Below are positions 37,129 to 47,132 of a stretch of DNA of 64,000 bases, piece after piece (the first letter of the stretch is position 1; every line of letters begins with the position of its first letter). The stretch is from NCBI GenBank assembly GCA_963785725.1, contig CAWAWS010000005.1, positions 64,001-128,000 on the forward strand. Direction: 5' to 3'. The notes under the pieces were generated by a model. It was not told the DNA's origin and did not search any database. It worked only from the letters and a program-made list of their open reading frames with translations. Source of the stretch: an uncultured delta proteobacterium (GTDB lineage: Bacteria > Myxococcota_A > Polyangia > Palsa-1104). Position numbers and translations under genes: made by a program.

Positions 37129-37197
37129 CGTTGCTCTCCTCCTAACGGAGTTGCGTGAGGGTCACGCCGCAGGCTGGGCGACTGGCCGGTTCCACCA

Positions 37198-37213
37198 AGC
37201 AAGCTCGGAGCCA
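37198..37213 (-). promoter_or_regulatory. sigma54 promoter
   Basis: TGGCTCC-GAGC-TTGCT upstream of DUF4266/DUF3570 copy 1. Confidence 0.65.
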
Positions 37214-37303
37214 AAACGCGCGGCGGCTTGGTGGTCAATCGCGGCCCACATCGCGGCACGCCTGCCGGCGAGCGTCGAGCGTGACTGGCCGCACGCGCCG
37301 AGG

Positions 37304-37321
37304 TGCGCACGAATCGGACAG
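37304..37321 (+). promoter_or_regulatory. Recurrent enhancer-like motif
   Basis: TGCGCACGAATCGGACAG followed by a partial second copy TGCGCG. Confidence 0.6.
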
Positions 37322-37410
37322 TGCGCGGACGGCGGTCGCGACCGTTCGCAAAACACGCGGCTGCCGCTTGAATCCGCGGCCGAACCTGCGCATCGTGGAG
37401 GCTATCAAAA

Positions 37411-38031
37411 ATGCTTAAGCCTATCGTTGCCACGCTCGTCCTCCTCATCGCGACGTCGCCGCTCTTCGCCGAAGGCCCGCAAGACGCCAAGGCGCATTAC
37501 GAGCACGGCGTTTCGCTGTATGCGCTCGGCGACTACGCGGGCGCCGCCGATGAATACGAGAAGGCCTTCGCGCTCAAGTCCGATCCGGCGCTGCTCTACG
37601 ACGCCGCTCAGGCCCACCGACGCGCCGGCCACAACGCGCGTGCGCTCGCCCTTTACGAGAACTATCTCGCGCTCTTCGGCGATCAGGTGCCCAACCGCAA
37701 AGAGGTGCAGCGCAAGATCGAGGAGCTGCACGTCGCCGTCGAGGCCGAGCGCAAGGTGCAGACCTCGCCGCCGATGGAGCCGGTGCCGATGCAAGAGCAT
37801 GCGCCGGTGGAGACGGCGCCGCCGGCGGTCGTCGCCGTGCCGCAGGATTCGCTCACGACGACGCCACCCGCACCGCCGCCACCGCGGAGCCGCCGGCTGA
37901 CTTGGCTGCTCGTCGGCGCCGGCGCGGTCGTCGTCGTCGGTGTGGGGCTGGGTGTCGGGCTCGGCATCGGCCTCTCGAAGACCGTCGCGCCTTCGCCGTC
38001 TTTCGGCGCCGTCCCGGTGACCGCGAAATGA
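37411..38031 (+). CDS. TPR protein with signal peptide and C-terminal TM helix
   Basis: AKAHYEHG..LY.LGDY..A..EY..A...LLYDAAQA; Pro-rich linker; hydrophobic tail. Confidence 0.8.
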   Translation: MLKPIVATLVLLIATSPLFAEGPQDAKAHYEHGVSLYALGDYAGAADEYEKAFALKSDPALLYDAAQAHRRAGHNARALALYENYLALFGDQVPNRKEVQRKIEELHVAVEAERKVQTSPPMEPVPMQEHAPVETAPPAVVAVPQDSLTTTPPAPPPPRSRRLTWLLVGAGAVVVVGVGLGVGLGIGLSKTVAPSPSFGAVPVTAK

Positions 38032-40574
38032 CGCGCGCGATCGCATGGCCCCTCGTGTGCGCGGTCCTGACGCTGGCGGCCGGCTGCACCAAGACCGCCG
38101 CCTGCAAAGCGGGCACGCTGCTCGTCACGGTCGATCTCGACGCGACCGCGAGCGCGGCCGATAGCCTGCACGTCACCGTCGCCGTGACCGGCGGCCAGAC
38201 GTTCACGGGTGTGGCCGCGCACGCCTCGTCGGCAGCAGCGGGAACACTGGAGGTCGACTTCCCCACGGGCGCCTACAGCGCCGGCAAACCGGCGACGGTC
38301 ACCATCGCTGCGTTTCGCGCCGGCGCGATGCTGGGCAGCGGCGCCGCGTCGCTGTCGCAGCTGGCGGCGTCCTGCAGCACCGTCGCGGTCACGGTGCGCT
38401 CGATGCTCGGCGATATGGGCGCCGGCGACCTGGCCGGGAGCGACATGACGCCGCCGGCCAAGGTCTTCTCGCTGCGAGCAGCGGTCGACTATGCCGACGG
38501 CCCGTCGACCGGTGTGCCCTACTCCGCGGCGATCGGCGATCTGAATGGCGACGGCAAGAACGACATCGCGGTCACCAACGACGCCGCCGGCGTGGCTATT
38601 TTGCTCAACAACGGCGACGGAACCTTCGGCGCGCCGGTGCTCTATCAAGCCAACCAGCATCCGCAGTCCGTCGCGCTCGGCGACGTCAACGGCGACGGCA
38701 CGATCGATGTCGTGGTCGCCGACTCGCAGTCCAACGACGTCACGGTCTTCTTCAACAACGGCAGCGGCGTCATCACCCAAGCCGGCCTGTATCAGGTGGG
38801 CACCGATCCGGGTGGCAGCGGCGCCAACGCGATCGCCCTCGCCGACTTCAACGGCGACAGCAAGCTCGACCTCGCCGTCGCCGCGGCCAACGGCGCCAAC
38901 GTCTTCCTGAACCAGGGCAACGGCACCTTCCCGACGACCGCCACGGTCTATGCCGCCGGCATGCGCCCGGCCGGCATCGGCAGCGCCGATCTCAACGGCG
39001 ACGGCAAACACGATCTCGTCGTCGCCAACAGCGGCAGCGCCAACGTCAGCGTGCTCCTCAACAACGGCAGCGGCGTCTTTGCTGCTGCCGTCAATTACAC
39101 CGTCGGAAGCTACCCCGTGAACGTGGACCTCGGCGACGTGACCGGCGACGGCAAGCCCGACATCGCCGTCGCCTGCACCGAAGGCATGGGCGGCGTCACG
39201 GTGCTGGTGAACAAGGGAGATGCCAGCGGCACGTTCCCGACCTCGTTTGCGGTCGACGCCAACGAGCCGGGGCCGACCGGCGTGGCCATCGGCGACATCG
39301 ACGGCGACCAGAAGAACGACATCGTGCTGGCGAACAACAATGACGGCCTCATCTACGTCCTGCACAACATGGGCGGTAACGCGTTCGCTGCACCGCAGCG
39401 GTGGGCCGCCGGTGCCTTCGCCTATGACGTGCACCTCGGCGATCTCGGCAACGGTCACCTCGACATCGTCGCCACGAACGGCGGCAGCGGCGATACGACG
39501 GTCATCCTCAACGACGGCGCGGGCAACTTGGTCGCCGGCGCCAACTACGTCTCGGGCATCGGCTCGATCGCCGTCGTCGTCGCCGACGTCAACACCGACG
39601 GCAAGGACGACCTCTTGCTCGCCAACAACGGCAGCGGCGCCGGCGTCATGCTCGGCAAAGGCGACGGCACGTTCCAGCCGTTCGTGTCTTACACCGCCGG
39701 CACCAGCCCCGTCGGCATCGTCAGCGGCGACTTCGACGGAGACGGCTGGATCGACCTGGCGCTGGCCAACGCCGGCACGACCACGGTCGCGGGCAGTCTC
39801 ACGGTCCTTACGAACAAGAAGGACGGCACGTTCAATGCGGCGGTGCCTTACACGGCGGGCACGACGCCGTCGGGCCTGGCGGTCGGCGACCTCTCCGGCG
39901 ACGGCAAGCTCGACCTCGTCGTGGCCAACGGCGGGAGCAACAACATCAGCGTTTTCGTGAACACCGGCACGGGCGCATTCGCGGCGCCGGCGACCTACGC
40001 CGCGGGAGCCAAGCCCTCGGCCGTCGCGGTTGGCGACGTGAACGGCGACCACGCCAAGGACGTCGTCATCGCCAACAGCGGCAGCGGCAACGTCACGGTC
40101 TACCTCAACGACGGCACGGGTAAGCTCACGACGCCGACGACGTTCATGGCCGGCATGGCGCCGGCGTCGGTGCTGCTCGTCGACCTGGACGGCGACGGCG
40201 CGCTCGACATCGTCGTGCGCGACGGCGGGCTCGCCAACGTCGACGTGCTCAAGGGCAATGGCAACGGCACGTTCGCGGCGCCCGTTCCTTATCCCGTCGA
40301 TTCCGGGTTTGCGACGGCGATGGTGGCCGCGGCCGACCTCGACGGCGATGGCCAGCTCGATCTCGTCGCCACGGACGCGAGCGAACAGGTCAGCGTGCTG
40401 CTCGGCAAAGGCGGCGCCACGTTTGCGCCGCGCATCGTCTACGCCGGCGGTGAAGACCCGACCGGCATCGCCATCGCCGACTTCGACAAAGACGGTCGCC
40501 CGGACGTGGTCGTGACCGACACCGCGGCCAATCTCAACGGCGGCGTCACGGTTCTATTGAACACCACGCACTGA
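38028..40574 (+). CDS. FG-GAP/VCBS repeat lipoprotein (beta-propeller, adhesin-like)
   Basis: LAAGC lipobox; about 14 repeats of GD.NGDG..DL.VAN...V.VLLN.G.G.F. Confidence 0.88.
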   Translation: MTRAIAWPLVCAVLTLAAGCTKTAACKAGTLLVTVDLDATASAADSLHVTVAVTGGQTFTGVAAHASSAAAGTLEVDFPTGAYSAGKPATVTIAAFRAGAMLGSGAASLSQLAASCSTVAVTVRSMLGDMGAGDLAGSDMTPPAKVFSLRAAVDYADGPSTGVPYSAAIGDLNGDGKNDIAVTNDAAGVAILLNNGDGTFGAPVLYQANQHPQSVALGDVNGDGTIDVVVADSQSNDVTVFFNNGSGVITQAGLYQVGTDPGGSGANAIALADFNGDSKLDLAVAAANGANVFLNQGNGTFPTTATVYAAGMRPAGIGSADLNGDGKHDLVVANSGSANVSVLLNNGSGVFAAAVNYTVGSYPVNVDLGDVTGDGKPDIAVACTEGMGGVTVLVNKGDASGTFPTSFAVDANEPGPTGVAIGDIDGDQKNDIVLANNNDGLIYVLHNMGGNAFAAPQRWAAGAFAYDVHLGDLGNGHLDIVATNGGSGDTTVILNDGAGNLVAGANYVSGIGSIAVVVADVNTDGKDDLLLANNGSGAGVMLGKGDGTFQPFVSYTAGTSPVGIVSGDFDGDGWIDLALANAGTTTVAGSLTVLTNKKDGTFNAAVPYTAGTTPSGLAVGDLSGDGKLDLVVANGGSNNISVFVNTGTGAFAAPATYAAGAKPSAVAVGDVNGDHAKDVVIANSGSGNVTVYLNDGTGKLTTPTTFMAGMAPASVLLVDLDGDGALDIVVRDGGLANVDVLKGNGNGTFAAPVPYPVDSGFATAMVAAADLDGDGQLDLVATDASEQVSVLLGKGGATFAPRIVYAGGEDPTGIAIADFDKDGRPDVVVTDTAANLNGGVTVLLNTTH

Positions 40575-40687
40575 CAGAGGCACGCGGTCTCGGCGCGGAC
40601 GCGGGAATGAGGGCATGAGCGCGACGAACAGCGTCGTGACGGCGGTGGAGCGGCCGCGCCCAGCCCTCGCCCGCAGCGCATCGAGCT

Positions 40688-41899
40688 CTATTTACGCAGT
40701 GACCTGAAGCCCACGCGAACTTCTTCCGAGAGGAGCCGCGGCTGCTCCCATGCGGCAAAATGTCCACCTCGCGGGAGCTTATTGTAGTGGATGAGCTTCG
40801 GAAACGCCGCTTGCGCCCAACTCAGCGGCGCCTCGTAGAGCTCATTCGGAAAGACGCTCACGGCAACCGGAATGGGGACGTTCTTGACGTTGAAGAAGGC
40901 GAGCTTGTTCTCCCAATAGAGACGCCCGGCGGAGATTCCAGTGTTGGTCAACCAAAAGAGCGTGATGTTGTCGAGGATGTCGTCGCGCGTGAGATCGCCG
41001 AAGGGCTCTCCGTTCACAAAGAGGCTCGAGATCTGCCGATAGCTGACCGGATCGTGGTCAATCAGCAATGCGGCCAGAGCGACCGGCGAATCCGACAGTC
41101 CGACCATCGTCTGCGGATGCCAGCCCATGTACAAGGCGTAGCCGACTTGCTTGTAGAACGCGGCCACCTGCTCGGCCGTGCGCCGCTCCTCGTCGGAGAG
41201 ATTGGCGGGCGGCTTGCCACCGGCCCACAGCGCCGCGTCGAGCGCGGGCGGAATCACGCCCGGCATATTGCAGTGAATGCCGAGCAACTCCGGATGCCCC
41301 TGCGTCGCCATCACCTCCGTAATCACCGCGCCCCAATCGCCGCCTTGCGCCACGAAGCGCCTGTAACCGAGGCGCTGCATCAGCGCGACCCAAGCGCGCG
41401 CGATGCGTTCGGGACCCCAGCCGGTGCCGGTCGGCTTGCCGGAGAACCCATAGCCCGGCAGCGAAGGAATCACCAAATGGAACGCGTCCGCCGCGCTGCC
41501 GCCATGGGCGGTGGGATTGGTCAGCGGCTCGATGATCTTCAGCTGCTCGATGATCGAGCCGGGCCATCCGTGCGTGACGATGAGCGGCAGCGCGTTTTCA
41601 TGCTTCGAACGAACGTGAATGAAATGAATATCGAGCCCATCGATCTCGGTCATGAGCTGCGGCAATGCATTCAGCCTCGCCTCGACCTTGCGCCAGTCGT
41701 AAGCGGTCGACCAGTAGGACGCGAGCTTCTGAATCGTCGCGAGTTGCACGCCTTGTGATTGATCGGCGACCGTCTCCGCTTCGGGCCAGCGCGTGGCCTC
41801 AATGCGCGTATGCAGCTCCGCGAGCTCCGCGTCTCGGATCGCGATCGTGAACGGGCGGATCGCCGTGGTGCCAGTCAACTTCTCGGTTTTGATGGTCAT
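40688..41899 (-). CDS. Epoxide hydrolase (EHN + alpha/beta hydrolase)
   Basis: IRPF.I, YDWR, HGWPGS, PSLPGYGFS, QGGDWG, GGHFAAWE. Confidence 0.93.
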   Translation of the reverse strand: MTIKTEKLTGTTAIRPFTIAIRDAELAELHTRIEATRWPEAETVADQSQGVQLATIQKLASYWSTAYDWRKVEARLNALPQLMTEIDGLDIHFIHVRSKHENALPLIVTHGWPGSIIEQLKIIEPLTNPTAHGGSAADAFHLVIPSLPGYGFSGKPTGTGWGPERIARAWVALMQRLGYRRFVAQGGDWGAVITEVMATQGHPELLGIHCNMPGVIPPALDAALWAGGKPPANLSDEERRTAEQVAAFYKQVGYALYMGWHPQTMVGLSDSPVALAALLIDHDPVSYRQISSLFVNGEPFGDLTRDDILDNITLFWLTNTGISAGRLYWENKLAFFNVKNVPIPVAVSVFPNELYEAPLSWAQAAFPKLIHYNKLPRGGHFAAWEQPRLLSEEVRVGFRSLRK

Positions 41900-42047
41900 G
41901 GTCTCCTCTGTCTCTACTTGCATTGATCGTTCGCGGCGCATCCACGTCGGATTCGCGCGCTCGCTCGATATGCAGCGACTGCATAGCCGCTGCCAGTTAA
42001 CCGTTGCTAAGGATTGCTAAGCTGTTCCGCGGTGGCGTTGTCGGTGC

Positions 42048-42584
42048 TTACGCCTCGTCGCGACCTGGCGACGGCGCCGCCTCGACCCGATCGTCTGCGC
42101 TCACGCTCGAGCGCGACGTGGCCTCTATTCGCGTGGCGGTCTGAACGCCGCGCGAGCGGCCCGCGCGTCGACGAGCGGCCGGGGCTGAAGTCGCCGTGAA
42201 GCCCGCTGCCGGCGCGTGGCGTCGGCGCGCGCTGCGGCGCGCGTCCAGTGTGCCGTGGACCGCCGGCGCGACTAAGCAGTAGCCGCGACCGGCGACATTG
42301 GAAATATAACGCGCACCATTCTCACCATCGCCGAGCGCTTTGCGCAGATGGGTGATGTGAACGCGAAGCGCGCTCTCCACGACTTGTGTATCCGGCCAGA
42401 TGGCGGAGCTGAGCGTGTCCTTACTGACGACGTTCCCCGGCTGCGCGAGCAGTGTCATCAAGAGGTCGAAAGCTCGGTCGCCGACCTTGACCGGCACGTC
42501 GTCGCGCTCCAGCAGTCTCGCGGCCGGGAACAGGCGAAAAGGGCCGAACGCTATGAACGCGGCCATAGGGTGCGGCGTCTTCAT
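42048..42584 (-). pseudogene. Truncated winged-helix (OmpR/PhoB-type) regulator
   Basis: FGPFRL...RAFDLL..L...G.VVSK...WP...V.E..LRVHI..LRKALG...GRGY, then the sequence degenerates; the usual C-terminal ATPase/TPR part is absent. Confidence 0.65.
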
Positions 42585-42879
42585 CTTTGTCTCCGCGGTT
42601 TGATGGTCAATGGCGTCGCGTGAGCTCGAGACGCTCTATCGTTGTCGGGATCTCTATTCACGCGAGAAGTAGGCGGCTCTACGACGCAGCGCCTGCTTTG
42701 CTCTCGAGCCGCGCCGCGCAGAACGGCGTTTCGGTGGTAACCGGCTCTCTCGCATTCGCCCGAACGTTGCTAGCCCGCACGCATGAACATCGGTTTAGCC
42801 GAGAGGCCGGCGTGACGCATTGGCGGGAGATGACAAAAGTATCGGCCTTTCTCGGCGGGGCCGACCTAGCTTCATCGGC

Positions 42880-43926
42880 ATGATGGTCGGTCGAACCGTG
42901 TCGGTCTTGTGCGCGAGGCCGGCGCTCGCCGCGTTGGATGAACGGGGCATCGACGCCGAATCGGTATTGCGTACTGCCGGCCTCTCGCGGGCGGCGCTCG
43001 CCGACATCGAGACCCGACCTCCGTGGGATCATGTTCGGCGCTTTTGGGACGCGGCGGCGGCGGCGACGCAGGATCGATATTTCGGCCTCCACGTCGGCGA
43101 GGCGGTGCCCGTGGGCGCGCTCGAGCTCGTCGATTATTTGATGGCCACGTCAGCGAACGTCGGCGAAAGCATCCGGCGCCTCTCGCGCTACATGCGGCTG
43201 CTCTATGACGAGCTGCCGATCGATCTCCATTGCGATGACCGCTACGCGCGGATCGTGGCCCGCACCGCGACGTCGGCGCCGCAGTATGCCGAATTCGCGG
43301 TGGCGTTCCGAATGGTGCGCAGCCGACAAGCCACTGCAGTCGACTGGTCGCCGGAACGCATCACCTTTCAGCACGCGGGTCGTGACGACGGCGGCGAGCT
43401 GGCGCGCGTATTTCGCTGTCCGGTGCGCTTCGCGCACCAAGAGATCGAGCTGCGCTTCGCGCCCGAGATCCTCGCGCTCCCGCACGTGCGCGGCGACTCT
43501 CGCTTGCTCGACGTACTGACACGATATGCGGATTCGTTATTGACCGCGATGCCCGAGCAATCCGACCTCGTCGGACGAGTCAATTCGGCGATTGCGCGAC
43601 AAATGGCCAAGGCGCTTCCGACGCTCGAGTCCACCGCGGCCGACGTGCGAATCCCGGAGCGGACGCTGCAGCGGCGGCTGACCGAAGCCGGCGTGACCCA
43701 TTTTTCGCTGCAGGACCAGGTCCGTCGCGACCTCGCGCTGCGCTACATCGTCGACGCACGCCTGGGCATCGCGGAGATCGCTTACTTGTTGCACTTCAAG
43801 GACGTGACTGGCTTCTACCGCGCCTTCAAACGTTGGACCGACAGGACGCCGCTCGATTATCGCAAACAGCTCATTGACGTCGGTAGACCGATGCTGGAAG
43901 CAGAGCGGCCGTCCCCGCATCGTTAA
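42880..43926 (+). CDS. AraC-family transcriptional regulator (OruR-like)
   Basis: ERTLQRRL and IAEIAYLLHF.D...FYRAFKRWT..TP..YR. Confidence 0.9.
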   Translation: MMVGRTVSVLCARPALAALDERGIDAESVLRTAGLSRAALADIETRPPWDHVRRFWDAAAAATQDRYFGLHVGEAVPVGALELVDYLMATSANVGESIRRLSRYMRLLYDELPIDLHCDDRYARIVARTATSAPQYAEFAVAFRMVRSRQATAVDWSPERITFQHAGRDDGGELARVFRCPVRFAHQEIELRFAPEILALPHVRGDSRLLDVLTRYADSLLTAMPEQSDLVGRVNSAIARQMAKALPTLESTAADVRIPERTLQRRLTEAGVTHFSLQDQVRRDLALRYIVDARLGIAEIAYLLHFKDVTGFYRAFKRWTDRTPLDYRKQLIDVGRPMLEAERPSPHR

Positions 43927-44080
43927 TCGAGCGAGGCGTTACGTCCCCGGAAGCGGCTCTGATCGCGAGCGGACGGCGCAGGCGAGATCGTCAGAAGCGA
44001 TCGCTCAGAAGGTGCCTTTGGCGCAACAAGACGCCACGCGAACTCCGATTGGCCGCCAGTCGGTGTCGCCGCGGCCCGGC

Positions 44081-46399
44081 TCAGTACCAGTGATAGACGG
44101 CCATGCCGGTGGCGTCGGCGCCGACGACGTAGATGTCGTTGGGTCCGCTGCCGTGGATGCCGGCGGGGACGAAGCTGTTGGCGAACGTCGTCGGCGCGCC
44201 CCAGCTCGAGCCGTTACCGACGGAGACGCCGAAGCTGCCGACGAAGTAGACGTTCGTCGCGCTCGAGCCCCAGATGCCGGTGACGCCCATGGGCGCGCTG
44301 GGATCGACCGCGGCCCAGCCGTTGCTGCTGCCGCTGTAGTGCTGCACGTGATCGGCGGAGACGCCGACGTAGACATCGGTGGCGCTGGTTCCCCAAACGG
44401 GACCGGTCGAGCCGGAGGCGGTGGTGCGGCTGCCGACCTGAACCGTCGTCCAGTTGTTGCCGGTCGCGTCTTCGACGGCCATACCCCAGCTGTAGCTGCA
44501 GTCGGTGGTGCAGTGGCGCGAGTTGTAGGCGCAGAAGAGCGCGGCGTCGCTGGCGCCCCACAACATGTCGCAGCCCGACGCGGCCGTCAGCGGCGTGCCC
44601 ATGCCGGACTGCGTGTACTGCAGCGCTTGCGTCGACAGGCCGCTGTTGCCGAGGCCGCCGGTGGAGGTCGTCTGCGTGACCCACACGTCGTTGGCGCCGA
44701 AGGCGAAGATGCCGCCGTACGTCGACGTCGTCTCGCTCGACTCCCCGTGCCAGACGTTGTCGCCGCTCGAACGATACAGGGTCGAGCCGGCGATGGCCCA
44801 TTGATCGGTCGGTCCGGTGCCGGTAATCCAAGTGAGCATGTCGCCGCTGGCGGTGCCGGTGCTGGCGGTCCAGGCGCCGGTCGCCGCGCGATGGAACGTG
44901 GCCCCGTTGTCGCCGACCGTCCAGACGTGCGCGCCGGTGGCGTCCGCGGTCCAGACCGAGCGCAGCGAGCCGGCCGGCGGGCTCGCCGGCCGTTCCAGCG
45001 TCCACACCGGCGTGCCGGCGCCGCTCAGCGCGAGCGTGGCCAGTGGCGAGGTCGCGCCGTTGACGTCGAGCGTCGTCGTGCGCGTGCCGGTGGCGCCGGG
45101 CGTGAACGCGACCGCCACCGTGCAGCCGGGCGGACCGACGGCGAGCGCGGCGCCGCCGCAGTGATCGGTGACGATGAAGTCGCCGCTGTTGCCGCCGCTG
45201 ACGACGGTGGCGGCGAGCGTCGCCGTGGGCACGTCGCCGCTGTTGGTGACGGTGAACGTCTGCGTGCCCGCCTGCGTGCCGTGCGGACCGCTGGCGAAGC
45301 TGTAGCCGCCCGACGTCGACGGCGAGATGCTGACGATGGGCGGCGACTGGGCGACGCCGGTGATCGTCGCCGTCGCCGGATTGGTGTCGCTGGCGCCGTT
45401 GCCGACCGTGAGCGACTCCGAGAACGTGCCGCGCTGGCTGCCGGCGGTGAAGGTGACGGTGACCGTGCACATGCCGTTGGGCGCCAACGTCTGATTGCAG
45501 CCGCTGGCGACGAACTGCTTGTCGTTGGTGCCGACCACGAGCGTGCTGGTCGTCGTTTGACCGGTGTTGGTGGCGACGAAGCTGGCCGTCTTGGTGCTGG
45601 CGTGGCCGAGCAGCGCCGCGCCGCAGTCGCCGCTGTCGGGCGTGAGCGAGATTTGGCCCGGCGTCAACGCCTGGCCTTTGACCTCGCCCATGACCGAGTC
45701 GCTGCCGGCGCTGATGGTGAACGTCTCGTCCTCGTCGCCGGCGGCGCTCGGCGTGAGCGTCGCCGAGACCGAGCACGAATCGAGCGCTTGGATGGCAGCG
45801 TTGCACGTCGTCGTGATGGCGAAGTCGCCCGCCTGTCCGGCCACGGTATTCATCGCCAGCGTCGGCATGGACGTGGCGACGCTGCCGTTGTTGGTGATCT
45901 TGAACGTCGTCGTGGCGCTGTGCCCGACGGTGATTTGGCCGAAGTCGTTGAGCGCGCGATCGATGGTCAGCGTCGCCGGAATCACCATGTCGGGCGACGA
46001 CGGCGGCGCCGGCGTCATATCGAGGCCCATGTCGCCCGTCGGGGCCACCATCGTCGCCATGAGCGGCAGATCGACGTGCGTCACCTGCCCGAGCACGATC
46101 GGCGTCGTGAGCTGCCCCGTGCCGAGCAAGTTGGTGCCGCCGTAAACGCTGACGGCGATCACCAAATTTCCAGTGATGCTGCGCGGGAAGCCGATGCCGA
46201 GGTCGAGCGGCGTCGACGCGGCCGCCGCCGGGCTGCGATCGAACGCGTGCATCACGCCGCCCGCGCTCGCTTCGACATGCACGCGCGTGATGCCGCTCAG
46301 CGCCGGCGTCGCGGTCAAGTTGACGTCCACCAGGCTGTCCTTGCCCGCGCAGCCGGCGGCCAAGAGCGACAGCGCCATCAGGAACTGGAGAGTACGCAT
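44081..46399 (-). CDS. Large lipoprotein with Ig-like (ASH) domains and a C-terminal beta-propeller
   Basis: LAAGC lipobox; TF.ITN.G repeats; WG.S..DV(Y/W) repeats. Confidence 0.78.
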   Translation of the reverse strand: MRTLQFLMALSLLAAGCAGKDSLVDVNLTATPALSGITRVHVEASAGGVMHAFDRSPAAAASTPLDLGIGFPRSITGNLVIAVSVYGGTNLLGTGQLTTPIVLGQVTHVDLPLMATMVAPTGDMGLDMTPAPPSSPDMVIPATLTIDRALNDFGQITVGHSATTTFKITNNGSVATSMPTLAMNTVAGQAGDFAITTTCNAAIQALDSCSVSATLTPSAAGDEDETFTISAGSDSVMGEVKGQALTPGQISLTPDSGDCGAALLGHASTKTASFVATNTGQTTTSTLVVGTNDKQFVASGCNQTLAPNGMCTVTVTFTAGSQRGTFSESLTVGNGASDTNPATATITGVAQSPPIVSISPSTSGGYSFASGPHGTQAGTQTFTVTNSGDVPTATLAATVVSGGNSGDFIVTDHCGGAALAVGPPGCTVAVAFTPGATGTRTTTLDVNGATSPLATLALSGAGTPVWTLERPASPPAGSLRSVWTADATGAHVWTVGDNGATFHRAATGAWTASTGTASGDMLTWITGTGPTDQWAIAGSTLYRSSGDNVWHGESSETTSTYGGIFAFGANDVWVTQTTSTGGLGNSGLSTQALQYTQSGMGTPLTAASGCDMLWGASDAALFCAYNSRHCTTDCSYSWGMAVEDATGNNWTTVQVGSRTTASGSTGPVWGTSATDVYVGVSADHVQHYSGSSNGWAAVDPSAPMGVTGIWGSSATNVYFVGSFGVSVGNGSSWGAPTTFANSFVPAGIHGSGPNDIYVVGADATGMAVYHWY

Positions 46400-47010
46400 T
46401 AGAATTGGAAGGTCCCGAGCGCCGTGCTCACGTGTTGTTTGGGATCTTGCGTCAGCGCCACGGCCACGCCCGCCGCGACACCGCCGGCGACCGCGACGCC
46501 GACGATCGTCCACACCCACCACTTCTTGTACGTGGGCTTATCGGCGCGCGGCGCGACCGGCGGGGCCGTCAGCTCGGTCACGGCCGGTGGCGGCGCCTGC
46601 TGCGGCGGCAAGACGCTGACGGGAGGCGTCGCTTTCTCGGCCGCGAGCGCGCGGTCGCGGGCGCGCTGCTCCTCGATCTCGTGCTCCAAGCGCGCGACGA
46701 CCGCTTTGACCTCGTCGCGATTGGCGGCATCGGGCGCCTCGGCCAGATACATCTTGTATTGGCGGACGGCCTCTTCGCGCTGGTCGAGCTGGCGCTCACA
46801 CTGCGCAATGTTGAAGAGGAACGTCGGATCCTCGTAGGCGCGGAAGGCGGCTTTGAAGTCCTGCAGCGCCTCCTTGAACTCGCCCAGCTTGTAGTGCTGG
46901 CTGCCGCGACGAAAGGCATCGCGCGCCACGTTGCGGTCGTCGGCGAACGCGGGGCCTGCCGACAACGCGAGGAAGATAAACAATAGGACGAGAGGCGATC
47001 GGCCGATCAT
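46399..47010 (-). CDS. TPR protein with C-terminal TM helix
   Basis: ARDAFRRG..HY.LGEF..AL..F..A...FLFNIAQC; PTYKKWWVW followed by a TM segment. Confidence 0.8.
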   Translation of the reverse strand: MIGRSPLVLLFIFLALSAGPAFADDRNVARDAFRRGSQHYKLGEFKEALQDFKAAFRAYEDPTFLFNIAQCERQLDQREEAVRQYKMYLAEAPDAANRDEVKAVVARLEHEIEEQRARDRALAAEKATPPVSVLPPQQAPPPAVTELTAPPVAPRADKPTYKKWWVWTIVGVAVAGGVAAGVAVALTQDPKQHVSTALGTFQF

Positions 47011-47044
47011 CGCCGCAGTTATCGCCGTTCAGCCCGAAAAAGTC

Positions 47045-47062
47045 TCGTGATTTGAGTCACGA
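47045..47062. promoter_or_regulatory. CRP/FNR-like palindrome
   Basis: TCGTGA-TTTGAG-TCACGA, 35 bp upstream of the TPR gene. Confidence 0.45.
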
Positions 47063-47132
47063 AAATTCAACTCGTCGCAGGATCATTCCGGGGCGCCCGA
47101 TCGCGGCTTCATCGGGCTTTAGCCACGCTCGA

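Noticed and set aside
38460..40570. Periodic repeats as a non-coding array
   Set aside because: They are FG-GAP protein repeats within one ORF.
43874..46402. Long antisense ORFs here and at 37683-40052, 12601-14418, 56950-58806 and 62555-63922
   Set aside because: These are typical stop-poor shadow frames of GC-rich genes on the opposite strand or in another frame.
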